DNA from: a virus
Taxonomy: Duplodnaviria; Heunggongvirae; Uroviricota; Caudoviricetes
DNA: 64,000 bases
IMG/VR virus record: IMGVR_UViG_3300021255_000114
Location: 32,001 to 96,000 of that record
Direction: 5' to 3' (one strand)
This document shows, piece by piece, positions 45,092-56,900 of the stretch (the stretch's first letter is position 1; each line of letters starts with the position of its first letter). The translations under genes and the position numbers were made by a program. The notes under the pieces are model-generated. The model saw nothing but the letters and a program-made list of their open reading frames with translations, made no database searches and was not told the DNA's origin.

Positions 45092-47275
45092 ATGGATATA
45101 AGAAAAAGTAAAGGTTACATCGAAGAATACGATGTTCAGAAACTAAAAGACAGTATTTGCGCCGCTTATCAAACAGCGGGGGAGAAATGCGAAGAAGTTT
45201 TACTTGATAGTGCAGCACAGAACTTCTATCTTTATAACCTAATGTCAACTTCGGAGTTGAGGAGACAGGTTGAGGAATGGCTTATGTCAATCAATAAGAA
45301 GGTGGCGAAGGCCTATATTGAGAAATTCAATGATTCGAAGGACATCAAAAAGAAAGAAGATTTCATTCGTTCATATATTGAAGCTTCAAATGCTGCAACC
45401 GGTTCTAAATTTGATTCGAATGCAAATGTATCGAACAAAAACATTGTTACACTTGGGCAGGAACTATATAAGGAAAATAACATCAAACAGAATAGGTACA
45501 TTCTTACGAGTAAGATTAGGTCAATGTACAGTAAAAAATTGGCTGATCAATACATTCAAGACCTCGAAAGCCATGTATTATATAAGCATGATGAAACTGG
45601 AACCCCTGGTTATCCATATTGTGTAGCAATTACAATGTTTCCGTTTCTTACTGATGGATTAAAGGGTTTGGGTGGTGTTTCTGTTGCCCCTACTGACACA
45701 AAGTCGTTTTGTGGTGAATTCATTAACCTTGTATACAGTGTTTCATCACAGTTTCTTGGTGCGGTTGCTACACCTGAATTCCTTATGTATATGGATTATT
45801 TCCTTCGTAAAGATTATGGCGAGGATTACACAAAGAAACTCAACCTTATTGTTGATTATACAGCAAAAAAACGTACAATCGAACAGGTGATTGAGAACTA
45901 TTTCCAACAGGTGGTTCATAGTATGAACATGCCAGCGGGCAATCGTGGCTACCAAACCGTGTTTTGGAACGTTGGCTACTTTGATAAACCGTATTTCGAG
46001 GGAGTATTCGGTGAATTTACCTTCCCTGATGGAACTTCACCTGTTTGGGAAACTTTATCATGGTTACAGAAGAAATTTATGAAATGGTTTAATCAAGAAC
46101 GCACAAAATACGTTCTTACATTTCCGGTTGAAACAATGGCATTGCTTACGGATGGTAAAAATGGTTTTGTTGATGAAGAATATGCTGATTTTACAGCCCA
46201 AATGTGGTCTGAAGGACATAGTTTCTTCTGTTATTTGAGTGATTCACCTGATAGTTTAAGTTCATGTTGCAGATTACGTAATTCATTAAAGGACATGGAG
46301 GATGTGGACCTTGAACATAACTACACAACACACCAATATTCAATGGGAACCGCTTCAGTTTCAACGGGTTCTAAATCAGTTATGTCTATAAACCTGCCTC
46401 GCCTTATACAGAACGCCGCGAATCGTTATGCACACGAAATCGAGCATAAAAATATCGACAAAGGTGTACAGTTTCCTTTGGATGAAGTGAAAGATAAAAC
46501 CAAACTTTATGAATTTATTCGCGAGGATGTTACTGAAATAGTTGAACGAGTTCATAAGTATCAGAATGCATTCAATGAAACAATAAAAGACTTTTTGAAG
46601 GCTAATATGCTTGATGTTTACAGGGCCGGTTTCATTGACATTCGCAAGCAATATCTTACCGTTGGTGTTAATGGTATAACCGATGCGGCTGAATTCTTTG
46701 ATATTAAGGTATCGAATAATGAAATATACCGTGAATTCGTTAATAACATTCTTGAAACAATCAACATTTGCAACCGTAAGAATAAAACACGCGACACCAT
46801 GTTCAACACTGAGTTTGTTCCGGCTGAAAATCTCGCTGCCAAAAATTATAAGTGGGACAAAAAAGATGGATATTGGGTTTCACCTTATAGAAATCTTTAC
46901 AGTTCATACTTCTATAACCCAGAGGATGATTCGTTGTCAGTTATTGATAAACTAAAACTACATGGTAAGAGTTATGTTGAATATTTGGATGGTGGATCCG
47001 CCGCGCATTTGAATTTGAACGAACATCTTTCAAAAGAACAATATCGTCAACTTATGTCTGTTGCCGCAGAAAATGGTTGCAATTATTTTACATTCAACAT
47101 CAAGAACACATGTTGTGAAGATTGTGGACACATTGACAAACACACTCTTGACAAGTGTCCGATTTGTGGAAGTGAAAATGTTTCGTACTTAACGAGGGTT
47201 ATTGGATACCTTAAAAAGACCAGTTCATTTGGAGAACCCAGGCAAATCGAGGAAAAGAAACGCTACTACGCTTAA
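45092..47275 (+). CDS. nrdD: Anaerobic (class III) ribonucleoside-triphosphate reductase
   Basis: N-terminal ATP cone, YKHDE...PYCVAI, SSCCRLRN, EFVPAENL, CxxC...CPIC and the glycyl-radical motif TRVIGYL. Confidence 0.96.
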   Translation: MDIRKSKGYIEEYDVQKLKDSICAAYQTAGEKCEEVLLDSAAQNFYLYNLMSTSELRRQVEEWLMSINKKVAKAYIEKFNDSKDIKKKEDFIRSYIEASNAATGSKFDSNANVSNKNIVTLGQELYKENNIKQNRYILTSKIRSMYSKKLADQYIQDLESHVLYKHDETGTPGYPYCVAITMFPFLTDGLKGLGGVSVAPTDTKSFCGEFINLVYSVSSQFLGAVATPEFLMYMDYFLRKDYGEDYTKKLNLIVDYTAKKRTIEQVIENYFQQVVHSMNMPAGNRGYQTVFWNVGYFDKPYFEGVFGEFTFPDGTSPVWETLSWLQKKFMKWFNQERTKYVLTFPVETMALLTDGKNGFVDEEYADFTAQMWSEGHSFFCYLSDSPDSLSSCCRLRNSLKDMEDVDLEHNYTTHQYSMGTASVSTGSKSVMSINLPRLIQNAANRYAHEIEHKNIDKGVQFPLDEVKDKTKLYEFIREDVTEIVERVHKYQNAFNETIKDFLKANMLDVYRAGFIDIRKQYLTVGVNGITDAAEFFDIKVSNNEIYREFVNNILETINICNRKNKTRDTMFNTEFVPAENLAAKNYKWDKKDGYWVSPYRNLYSSYFYNPEDDSLSVIDKLKLHGKSYVEYLDGGSAAHLNLNEHLSKEQYRQLMSVAAENGCNYFTFNIKNTCCEDCGHIDKHTLDKCPICGSENVSYLTRVIGYLKKTSSFGEPRQIEEKKRYYA

Positions 47276-47294
47276 TAATAACAGACAATGGATA

Positions 47295-47334
47295 AACGGT
47301 TGTTATCTTATTCAGAATAACAACCGTTCTTTTT
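47295..47334 (+). terminator. Hairpin/terminator between nrdD and nrdG
   Basis: AACGGTTGTTAT-loop-ATAACAACCGTT-CTTTTT, a 12-bp stem. Confidence 0.7.
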
Positions 47335-47338
47335 CAGT

Positions 47339-47809
47339 ATGGAGAATTTAAGGATAAAATATGTGGATTCAAAGGTAGTCTTTGAAGAAATACCGGATAA
47401 AGTAACGTTAGCAATCACAATCAGCAATTGCCCGTTCCATTGTGAAGGATGCCACTCTGATTATTTAAGACGGGATATTGGTAAGGATTTGACTGTTGAT
47501 GAAATAGATATATTGATAAAACAAAATAAAGGAATAAACTGTGTTCTCTTTTTGGGTGATGGCATAAATACAATGGGTTTGGCAGTGCTTTCAAAATTTA
47601 TAAAGGAGAAATACCAAAATATTTCCACTGCAATATATTCTGGTTATGATGATATATTATCTGAATATAGAAGTTTCGACTATGTTAAAACCGGTAAATA
47701 TATAGAAGAATTGGGGCCGCTTAATAAAGAGACAACAAACCAGCGCCTATATAGATTAAATGAAGGTGAAGTAACCGACATAACATATCTTTTTTGGAAG
47801 CGTAAATAA
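47339..47809 (+). CDS. nrdG: Anaerobic RNR activating radical-SAM enzyme
   Basis: VFEEIPDKVTLAITISNCPFHCEGCHS (CxxxCxxC), and KTGKYIEELGPL...TNQRLY. Confidence 0.93.
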   Translation: MENLRIKYVDSKVVFEEIPDKVTLAITISNCPFHCEGCHSDYLRRDIGKDLTVDEIDILIKQNKGINCVLFLGDGINTMGLAVLSKFIKEKYQNISTAIYSGYDDILSEYRSFDYVKTGKYIEELGPLNKETTNQRLYRLNEGEVTDITYLFWKRK

Positions 47810-47815
47810 TTATAT

Positions 47816-48088
47816 ATGAATGATAATAATGAAAAAATTGCACATATAGATGATTATTTACAAAGTAACTAAAAAGACATCAACCAATATATAGGTGTAA
47901 CAGATGACAGAACAACAGCAAAGGTGGTTGGGTGTTCATTTAGAAAGGATTTTGTTCATTTTCTACAAGATTCCATTAATATATTGGGTAAACATGGTAA
48001 TAATAAGTGTGATAAATGTAGATGTGAGACCATAGAGAACAATGGATATACTATATGCCCATCTTGTGGATACTCAAAATGTTTATAA
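47816..48088 (+). pseudogene. Interrupted small zinc-ribbon ORF (in-frame TAA at 47870-47872)
   Basis: MNDNNEKIAHIDDYLQSN*KDINQYIGVT...KCDKCRCETIENNGYTICPSCGYSKCL*. Confidence 0.5.
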
Positions 48089-48108
48089 TCAAATACTTAT
48101 ATATAACG

Positions 48109-48140
48109 GAAGGTGTGGTTATAAAGGCCATACCTTTTTT
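48109..48140 (+). terminator. Rho-independent terminator
   Basis: AAGGTGTGGTT-loop-GGCCATACCTT followed by a long T-tract. Confidence 0.7.
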
Positions 48141-48174
48141 CTTTTTCTTATTTTTCCTATATTTATTTGATATT

Positions 48175-48561
48175 ATGGCTAAAATACAGAAATACGGAAT
48201 TAAATTCCCAATCACAATATTATCGGATGAAAAAAGTCTGTTCGACACAAATGTCTTACAGTCGGATAGTGTTTTATCTGAATTAATGCATATTCTTTTC
48301 ACACCAAAAGGGCAAAGGTTACGTGACCCCGAATTCGGGACAAATCTAATCCAATTTATCTACAATCCAAATGACATGCAAACATGGGACGATGTTGTTT
48401 TAGAGGTTAAAAACAGTGTCGTAAGATATTTAAAGGATTGTAAAATAAACAACATTGAAATATACGAAGGTGAGGACGGAAACGGTCTATATGTGAAATT
48501 CAATTATTCCGTTTGGGATGGTGGAAAAGTTCGAAATTATAATGCAGTGGCAAAGATTTAA
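48175..48561 (+). CDS. Baseplate wedge subunit, gp25-like
   Basis: YGIKFP...LMHILFTPKGQRLRDPEFGTNLIQFIYNPND. Start moved to the ATG at 48175. Confidence 0.9.
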   Translation: MAKIQKYGIKFPITILSDEKSLFDTNVLQSDSVLSELMHILFTPKGQRLRDPEFGTNLIQFIYNPNDMQTWDDVVLEVKNSVVRYLKDCKINNIEIYEGEDGNGLYVKFNYSVWDGGKVRNYNAVAKI

Positions 48562-48564
48562 ACA

Positions 48565-50565
48565 ATGGCAGAGAACAGGATACAATATTCAAAGAGGAAT
48601 TACGATGAAGTAAGAAACTCCTTAGTTGAAGTAACAAAAAGATACTACACCAACATTTTTAATTCATTGAACGATGCTTCAATCGGTCAATGGATGATTG
48701 ATTTGAATTCTGATATATTTGATAGTTTAATGTACGCTATCGATAGGTCGTACCAGGAAACGAGCATTGATTCAGCCAACAGTAGGGCAAGTCTTTTAAA
48801 TATTGCCAGAAGTCTTGGCGTAAAAATTCCTGGTCCGAAAAGTGCGTTGGTTGAGGTTGAATTATCTTGTATCCTTCCGTTAAATACAAGTGATGTTCCA
48901 GAAAGCGACAACAATCAAGCAGTCGCCGATGAAAGTTATGCCCCATTCATTAAACGAGGAAGTTTGTTTAGTGATGGTAGAAATACATTTGAGTTGCTTG
49001 AGGATGTTAATTTTAAAGACCAATTCGATTCAAATGGAATGAGTAACCGGCAAATTATCCCAAGGCGCAACAGTAACGGCGAAATCGTCAGTTACAAATA
49101 TAAGAAATTAGCCACTGCAACTGCCGGACAGAGCAAGATTTATAAAAGATTTATTACTGATAGTGATATTGAACCGTTTTTCACTATAACTTTGCAGGAC
49201 AATAATATTCTTGGTGTTGAGAGTATTATACTTAAACAAGGTAGGACACTTTCAAGTAATCCGGCTACAGCAGAGTTTTTTGTTGACCGTGAGTCATATG
49301 AAGATAAAGAAGGCAAACCTGTTCAGCGTTTTTTTGAGGTCGACAATTTAGTGGACCAATATAGATTTGGGTATGAAGAACAAGAAGTTTCCAGTGCTGA
49401 TGGGAAATACACCTATTATTCACCAGTTTGGGATGTAACTGATGCGATTGAACTTGAGGATAAAACCTTGGAACCAATACGTGTTGCTGCACGTGGAAAA
49501 TGGAAACGCCTTAAAAATAAGTTTGTTACGGAATATACAGATAATGGATATCTAAACATTACATTTGGTAGTGGTCTTTGTAATTCCTACGGCTCAATAC
49601 CTGATTCGGCAGCAGAGTATACACAATACAGAATGAGTAGAATGGAAGCAAATGACTATCTTGGTGTACTTCCGGAACCGAATACAACCATGTATATTCT
49701 TTATCGTACCGGGGGTGGTGAAATAAGTAACATTGGTGCAAATACATTGACGAACATTTTGTCTTTAACTGTTTCTATTGACGGCAATTGTAATGATGCA
49801 AATGATGCAAGGAAAAAGGCCGCTGTAAGAAACTCCATTGAAGTAACCAACCCATCACAATCATATGGCGGTAAAGATGCCCCAACCAATGAAGAAATCA
49901 AGTTTATGACCAAGTATATTGCAGCAGCACAAAACAGATGCGTCACATTATCTGATTATTACGCAAGACTCATGGAAATGCCGGCGAAGTACGGTTTACC
50001 ATTTAGGGTTGGGGTTGTTGAGGAAAACAACAAAGTGGTAATTTATTCGTTAGGGCTTGATTGGGAGGGTAGATTAACAAGCCGTTTATCCGAACGTGTT
50101 GCTGAGAATATGAAGCAATACCTCTCCAATTACAGAATGATTAACGATTTTGTAGAAATTAGATCCGGAAGAATTATCAATATAGCGTTTGAGATTGATA
50201 TCTACGTTGAAAAAAGTTACGACAAGAGCGAAGTATCGAAACGCATTATTGAACTTGTGAGAGACTATATGGATGTTCGCAAACATCAAATGGGTGAAGA
50301 TATATTCATTGGCGATCTCGAAAAAGAGATATCAAAACTTGATGGTGTCCAAAATCTTATTGAACTAAGGTGCTACAACAAAGTAGGGCATGGTTACTCC
50401 GACACACAAATTTCACAACAGTTGGTAACAAACACTGATAATACAAATTCAAGCGATGAAATTGACTTAAGGGAAAGTGACAAGACATTATTCAGTGAGG
50501 CAGGTTCACTGTTTGAGGTGAAGTACCCCAACGACATCCAAATCAGAATAAAAAGCCGTGAATAG
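48565..50565 (+). CDS. Baseplate wedge subunit, gp6/baseplate J-like
   Basis: YSKRNYDEVRNSL...FNSLNDASIG...SLLNIARSLG...ITFGSG...YRTGGG...GGKDAPT...AQNRCVTLSDY. Confidence 0.9.
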   Translation: MAENRIQYSKRNYDEVRNSLVEVTKRYYTNIFNSLNDASIGQWMIDLNSDIFDSLMYAIDRSYQETSIDSANSRASLLNIARSLGVKIPGPKSALVEVELSCILPLNTSDVPESDNNQAVADESYAPFIKRGSLFSDGRNTFELLEDVNFKDQFDSNGMSNRQIIPRRNSNGEIVSYKYKKLATATAGQSKIYKRFITDSDIEPFFTITLQDNNILGVESIILKQGRTLSSNPATAEFFVDRESYEDKEGKPVQRFFEVDNLVDQYRFGYEEQEVSSADGKYTYYSPVWDVTDAIELEDKTLEPIRVAARGKWKRLKNKFVTEYTDNGYLNITFGSGLCNSYGSIPDSAAEYTQYRMSRMEANDYLGVLPEPNTTMYILYRTGGGEISNIGANTLTNILSLTVSIDGNCNDANDARKKAAVRNSIEVTNPSQSYGGKDAPTNEEIKFMTKYIAAAQNRCVTLSDYYARLMEMPAKYGLPFRVGVVEENNKVVIYSLGLDWEGRLTSRLSERVAENMKQYLSNYRMINDFVEIRSGRIINIAFEIDIYVEKSYDKSEVSKRIIELVRDYMDVRKHQMGEDIFIGDLEKEISKLDGVQNLIELRCYNKVGHGYSDTQISQQLVTNTDNTNSSDEIDLRESDKTLFSEAGSLFEVKYPNDIQIRIKSRE

Positions 50566-50619
50566 TTTTCTTAAAAAAATAGTAAAATAACCTCGACTTG
50601 GCAAACTAATATTTTTCGT

Positions 50620-50646
50620 AGCGTCTTGACAACAGGACGCTTTTTT
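50620..50646 (+). terminator. Rho-independent terminator
   Basis: AGCGTCTTG-ACAA-CAGGACGCT-TTTTT. Confidence 0.75.
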
Positions 50647-50677
50647 ATTATATTTAATATAAAATATAGTATTTCAA

Positions 50678-50941
50678 ATGGCTTGCAATTGCAAAAAGAT
50701 AGCTGAAAATGCCGGTAAATATTCGGATGACGGAAGTGGTCTCGAAGAAGTCAAATATCTCGGCAGAATACCGATAGTATTACTCCGTATCATACTTACA
50801 ATTTTGACTGTCTGTCTAATTATTGTTATATTGCCATTCTTCCTTTTATGGATAATCTTCCGTATGGTGATTGGTAAGGATATAAGCATAAACTTGCGTA
50901 AATTACTGAAAATTAATGAAGAACGAAAACAACAGTTATAG
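50678..50941 (+). CDS. Small membrane protein (CxCK N-terminus, long hydrophobic segment)
   Basis: IPIVLLRIILTILTVCLIIVILPFFLLWIIF. Confidence 0.65.
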   Translation: MACNCKKIAENAGKYSDDGSGLEEVKYLGRIPIVLLRIILTILTVCLIIVILPFFLLWIIFRMVIGKDISINLRKLLKINEERKQQL

Positions 50942-53900
50942 AATACGAACTCAAATTGGAATTGATGCTCCGAATGTCTTGAATGTAAAACTCAATCAAA
51001 CATTTGAGTTCCTTAACATACTATCACTTCATATTGGGCAAAAAAACCTCTATAAAATGCCCGCTTCAAAATATGGTGTGGTATGTGGGCGTGTGTTGCT
51101 TGGCGGCAAATCGTTTGGGGTTCAGAACGCAAAAGTGTCTGTGTTTATTCCAAAGGATACTACTGTTTTTGATGTAAAGGACGACATCCTATACACCTAT
51201 TCTTCGGTTGATTCGGTTAATTACGATGGTGTAAGATACAATTTATTGCCTTCATATATTGACAACGACTGCCATCAGAATGTCGGTACAATGTTCGAGA
51301 AGGAATATGTGCTTGATAATAATGACATTATCAGGATATTTGACACATATTACACATACACAACCACAACAAACAATGCAGGGGATTATTTCATCTATGG
51401 TGTCCCTGTTGGCCAACATACACTTCATGTTGACGTAGACCTTTCCGATATTGGCAAATTATCTGTAAGGCCGCATGATATGATGGGGCAGGGATACAAT
51501 ATTGACCAATTTGAAAGTCCCAACAAATTCAAGGCGGACAAAAATCTCAACATATTACCGCAGATTAAAAGTCAGGACAAACCATTGTATATATATCCAT
51601 TCTGGGGAGATACTTCAGAAGATGATACTAACGCAATGATAACAAGGGCTGATATTGAAATCGATTACAAATTTGAACCTACGGCAGTATTCATTGGAAG
51701 CATTGTAACTGATAAAGGAAGTAATTCAATTTCCCACAAATGTGTTCCGGATGACCTTACGGGTAAAATGAGTGAACTTGTTACCGGAGAAGGTATGATT
51801 GAAATGATTCGCAAGACCTTCGACGGTAAAGTGGAACAATTCTCTGTAAAAGGAAACAGACTTATTGACGGGGATGGTGTATGGTGTTATCAGGTTCCGA
51901 TGAACCTTGATTATGTTTGTATGGATGAATTCGGTAACATTGTACCCACTGACAATCCAGAAAACGGTATTCCAACGAGGGCGCGTGTAAGATTCAGGAT
52001 ATCACTGGACGAGAACCCAATGGACGATAGCGCAAGGAAACGTGCAAGATTCCTTGTTCCAAACAATCCAAGACTAACAGATGATTACCCTAACTTCCAA
52101 ACAACCCACGAACCCGATTATGAATTTGGAACATTTACCAAAGAAGAGAGTTACAGGGATATGTTTTGGAACAACGTATATACAGTAAAGAGTTATATCC
52201 CTAGACTACAAAAGAGGACAACAACAAACACTAAGAAATACACAGGAATAAAGATGACAAACCATGCGGGGGATAACAACCCGATGCCATATAATAATCT
52301 GGCAATCAGAATGGGGTTTGTCTATCGATTTTTATGCGTCCTATTAACGGTATTCATATATTTAGTTGCTTCAATCAATATAGTGATGTCTTTGATTGGG
52401 GATATGTTTATAGGGATTGGAGATATATTTTATAATATAGGAGATGCCATATCAAAGATACCTATAATTCGTGGAATCAATGGATTTTTTAAAAAAATAG
52501 GATGTTGGTTTTACAAAACTTCCGCAGGTCTACTAATTAATCTTGGCGATTTTTGTGATGACGGTAATACAACAGTGAATTATATACCCGGTTTTGAAGG
52601 TCCAATAGGACTTGTCGCCAATTTTATTACCAAAATAAAAAATAAGTGTAATAATGTAGATTGTTTTAGGGATACTGAAGAAGGTAGAAGAAAATGTGAT
52701 ATTTATCAAAATGCCACATCAGAAACAGATAGGTTAATAAATTGTGTTCAGAATGCACTTGCTCAAGATAATGAAGTAACGTCTTTTGATTTCCAAAACG
52801 ATTGGATTAATGGTGTGCTTTATGCCCCGTTGTGGTATCGTAAAATTAAACCAAAACGTAGATTATTTTTCGGATTAATTAAAGTTGGTGGCGTTGATGA
52901 TTGGTGTGATGGTAATAGTAGCAAAATGGCCGGCAGGGATAGTCTCTTTAGCCGTGGTTTAAAACTCTATCAAACTTGTGCCCAACAGAGGGAATTTGAC
53001 GCCAACAAAAAGAGAATAAAACCTATTGTTTATGTAGGGGCTAATGACAATTCTGAAGCGAATTGTTATGGTTTAAAATGCCATAAAAGAACTTTAAGCA
53101 CTATTCAAGTTGACAAGGGTATTATTATTCGTAAGGAAACTAAATATGGTGAATATGTCTATTACTATAAATCAGTAGAGTACTCCAGCAACAAATTCAG
53201 AAACGTTTTGGACGGAACACCTGGTGACATAAAGATAATCTTCGCAACCGACTTGGTACTTCTCGGAAGTATTAATGATTGTGACGAAAAAGGCATTCCG
53301 CAGTTTTTTAAACATCTAAACGAAACAACATACCAAATGCCGCCTAATTTATTGTCATTAACATGGCAAGTTAACGAACAGGCTGTAAGAATATTATCGA
53401 ATGATGACATGAGTGACAGTGAATCGGCTGTCATTGACAGTACAGTGCATAGTGAATATTCAGGTGCTGATTGGGGTAATGCCGGGTTTGATCAATGGTA
53501 TAGAAAAAACAAATACGAAGGCGAATATATAAAAGATGGTGAAAAGGAGCATGATAACGGTGGTGTGTTCTATGGCATAGATTGTAACTTTTCCTATGTC
53601 AAACCAAAAAGTTGTGTAAACCTGTCGAGAGCATGTGAGTTCGGTGTCACGTTGGATCAATCCATTTCGTTTCTTGATGCAAGCGGACAGGAAACGGTTA
53701 TGGCACCGGATGGGTATATTTCATATGACGAGATTTATAATCCCGATGCAAGAGCCATGTTTGCTACAATGAACGGAAATCGTTTAAGAGAGCGCCAAGA
53801 CCCGAAAACCGGTTTTCCGACTTATGATTTTAATTACCTTTATCCTGAGAATTTTGACGGGACAATGTATAATCTTATGGAGGACATTGATACCCACCAG

Positions 53901-56900
53901 CCTGATGCTGAAATTGACGGCTATCCATATGGCAATAAAAAGAACTTAACATATAAAAACAATTATAAAATTGAGGCAAATAGTGATGCTTACTTGCTGT
54001 TTAGATACGGTTTTGACCCCAAACCGGGTAATTTTGCTGTAGCGTTCTACGATAATGATGTCAAACTTGGGTGGTTTACAAATGATAATTTAACGTCATT
54101 AAACCAACGCCGTTTCCCAAGATATGAAAATTCATTTTACTTCTACTTCGGGTTAAAATCAGGTAAGACTGCCATAGACAAATTCAGGAGGAATTATTAC
54201 GCTGAATGCACAAATGATGAAGAATCAAAAAGCCCGATTGAAATGGAATTCCAACCTAACAGTTGGTGTAATAACGAACCGGCCACTTTGCGTGACGGAT
54301 ATATAAAATTTGACTTATGCAACCTTGATATGCCATGTTCAATTTCTTTTGACGAGAGAGATCATGATGGAAGTGGGTATGATGAAACATATACAGATAT
54401 AAACGATTGTAAAATCTATATCGGTGGAAAAAGGCTCCAATTTCTTGGTTACACAAAACTATATGTTGACGATGACAACAGGGCGGTCCATACAGACGAT
54501 GATAGATTAAATGTTAATACACTCCATGCACCAAGTCTTCCAAACGGATATTATACTGTTACCATTACAGATGCAAACGGTGAACAATACAGACAGAATA
54601 TCACTTTTGAGGCAGAAAAACTAAAATATGGCGTAACATCAACAACTTTTACCATGACCAACACTGAAATGGACGAGGTGTATCCTGAATCAGGCGGAAG
54701 AAGTACAAATCAGAGAGTTGCAGAGGATACAACGCACGCCCTCTCCAACACAAATTATTTACGTGACCTCGGTGGATATGTGACTGTCAGTCTTATAACC
54801 TACCAAAACAAGCCGCTGACCGATAATTTCGAAATTAGGATTACACCGTATGATGATACTATGGAGTGGTATACTGGTACTGTTTATTCCGTTATAGACG
54901 GTGTGGTAAGTATAACTGGTGTTAATCCCCTGTCGACTTCTGATGGTGAATATGCGTTTCCTGTTCCAAGAGGTGACCAATATTACAATGTTACGGTAAG
55001 TGAATATTGTACATTAAAAGGTGAAACAAGTCAGAATAGTGTTTTGACAAGAGTCTATGTAAGTGAAGCACTCCCATTCAAAATGTTTGTGAATGGTGTT
55101 GATGTTGAATTGCTTAAAAACTTTAGAGTTGGCTATCAAAAAGACGATAATGGAGTAATAAAAATGCCTTATTCAGGCTATAATGACAACGATGGTATTA
55201 GAACCGACCTACCTGATAGCGTAAAGGGATGGCTATCAATAAATGATATTGGGGTGGATAAATTTTTGGAGTATCGCGATGATATTAGCTATACTGACAG
55301 TGTTGAAAATGCTGTCAATATTCTCTCAGCAAGCAATAACACAATATATAATTTCACTGAGGAATACACCTTTCAAGACTCTGATGTAAACAAATTGCTT
55401 AACACGTATTCATCAATTCCAAATCCGAGCGAGATTGGGGGTAGTATAATACCTAAGTATATTAGGGTTAAAAGAAACGGAACTGACGATGAGACATATG
55501 GGCGTGATGGCGAAAAATATGACCCGTTTGATGAAACCACTTGGATATTTGAGTTGTCAAGCAACAACACTCAATATATTTTGAGATACAATAACGGCAA
55601 ACCCGCTACTGATATTTCACTCCGTGAGTATTTTGAAATGAATACCGAGGGTAATCAGAACAAACGTGACGTTATCAATGTTCTCAACTCCATAATACAG
55701 AAGAGGATGGATTTGGTGCAGGCTATGATTACCGCATTCTGGATGTATGATGTAAACGAAGAGAACAAATTGGTCAGCATCACTTTTCAAACAAACGAAA
55801 TCCCGGTTAAAACGCTTGTGTATTATATACCCGATGAATCGAATACACTAAGGCCACTCAATGCCCAAACAAATTACGTTATACTTGATATAAATAAGGA
55901 AGAAAATACAATTTCTTCATTCTCAAGACCTACTATTACCAAAAATCCTCAAAATACTTTACCAATATTCACGGAATTGCCCGCAACTTTTGGACATCAT
56001 TCATATAAACTCCCGCCATATTGTGGCATTAAGAATAATATGAATGTAACAATACCAAGCAAATTGACGAATGCTCCGTTTATAAATCCTAATGGCATCA
56101 TAGATGCTATGCGTAATTTAAGTGGCGGTATGGATAATATGTTTGGTTTTCATGTGATTGACAAACGCCCATTCACCAAAGCCAATATATGGGTTCCCTT
56201 GAATGAGCACCCAATTTATTGGCCTGATGTTCTTAACGATGATGCCATAGATACATCTGAAGCATCTAGTGTAGCAAATTTTGTTGAAGGTGGAAGATTC
56301 AGTATGGGTGGCTGTATATCAGGTTATTTTTATAACGGATTTTCAACATCAACCCAACGTGAAGCACAGTTTACTATACAGAAGGCGACAAGTAATATTG
56401 GAATATATACTATTAGTGGAACAACAGTACCTGATGAATTTGCCGTTCCGACAAAACGATTGATGTATCGGCCAGTACCTGAAGATGGATACGCACCGAA
56501 TTATAATGATTTCTTTAAAGATACTCAGCCCTATGAAGGTTTTGACATTCAGGCTACAGATCCAGTCAATACAAGTTACAGGTACATTTCATATGATGCA
56601 AATACGAACTACCTAACCGTTTCTGATAAACGTGCAACATTTAATGATAACCTTTACCCCAGGGCTAATTTTGGAATACCGGAAGATACTGTTGTTGGTA
56701 AGGGTATGGAGATTAAACCGGAATTTAATGGCATTGAAGATGATGTACGTTATACAGTAATCAATGGGTTATACCCTGTTTATCGTAAAGTTTATAATAA
56801 TGATGAACATTTGCCTGCTGATGTATCACTCAATATGGTTTATGGTGCACCACTCCCGTCAAATAACCTAATAATACCTACAGGTGACGATGTGAAACGT

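Noticed and set aside
43546-47275. Inteins or introns in the helicase or nrdD
   Set aside because: Lengths are normal, motifs are contiguous, and no intein terminal or LAGLIDADG motifs were seen.
48055-48174. Hydrophobic N-terminal extension on gp25 (likewise the extensions at 37535 and 40289)
   Set aside because: The extensions run through terminator hairpins and T-tracts. Downstream ATGs give the family-typical or more plausible starts.
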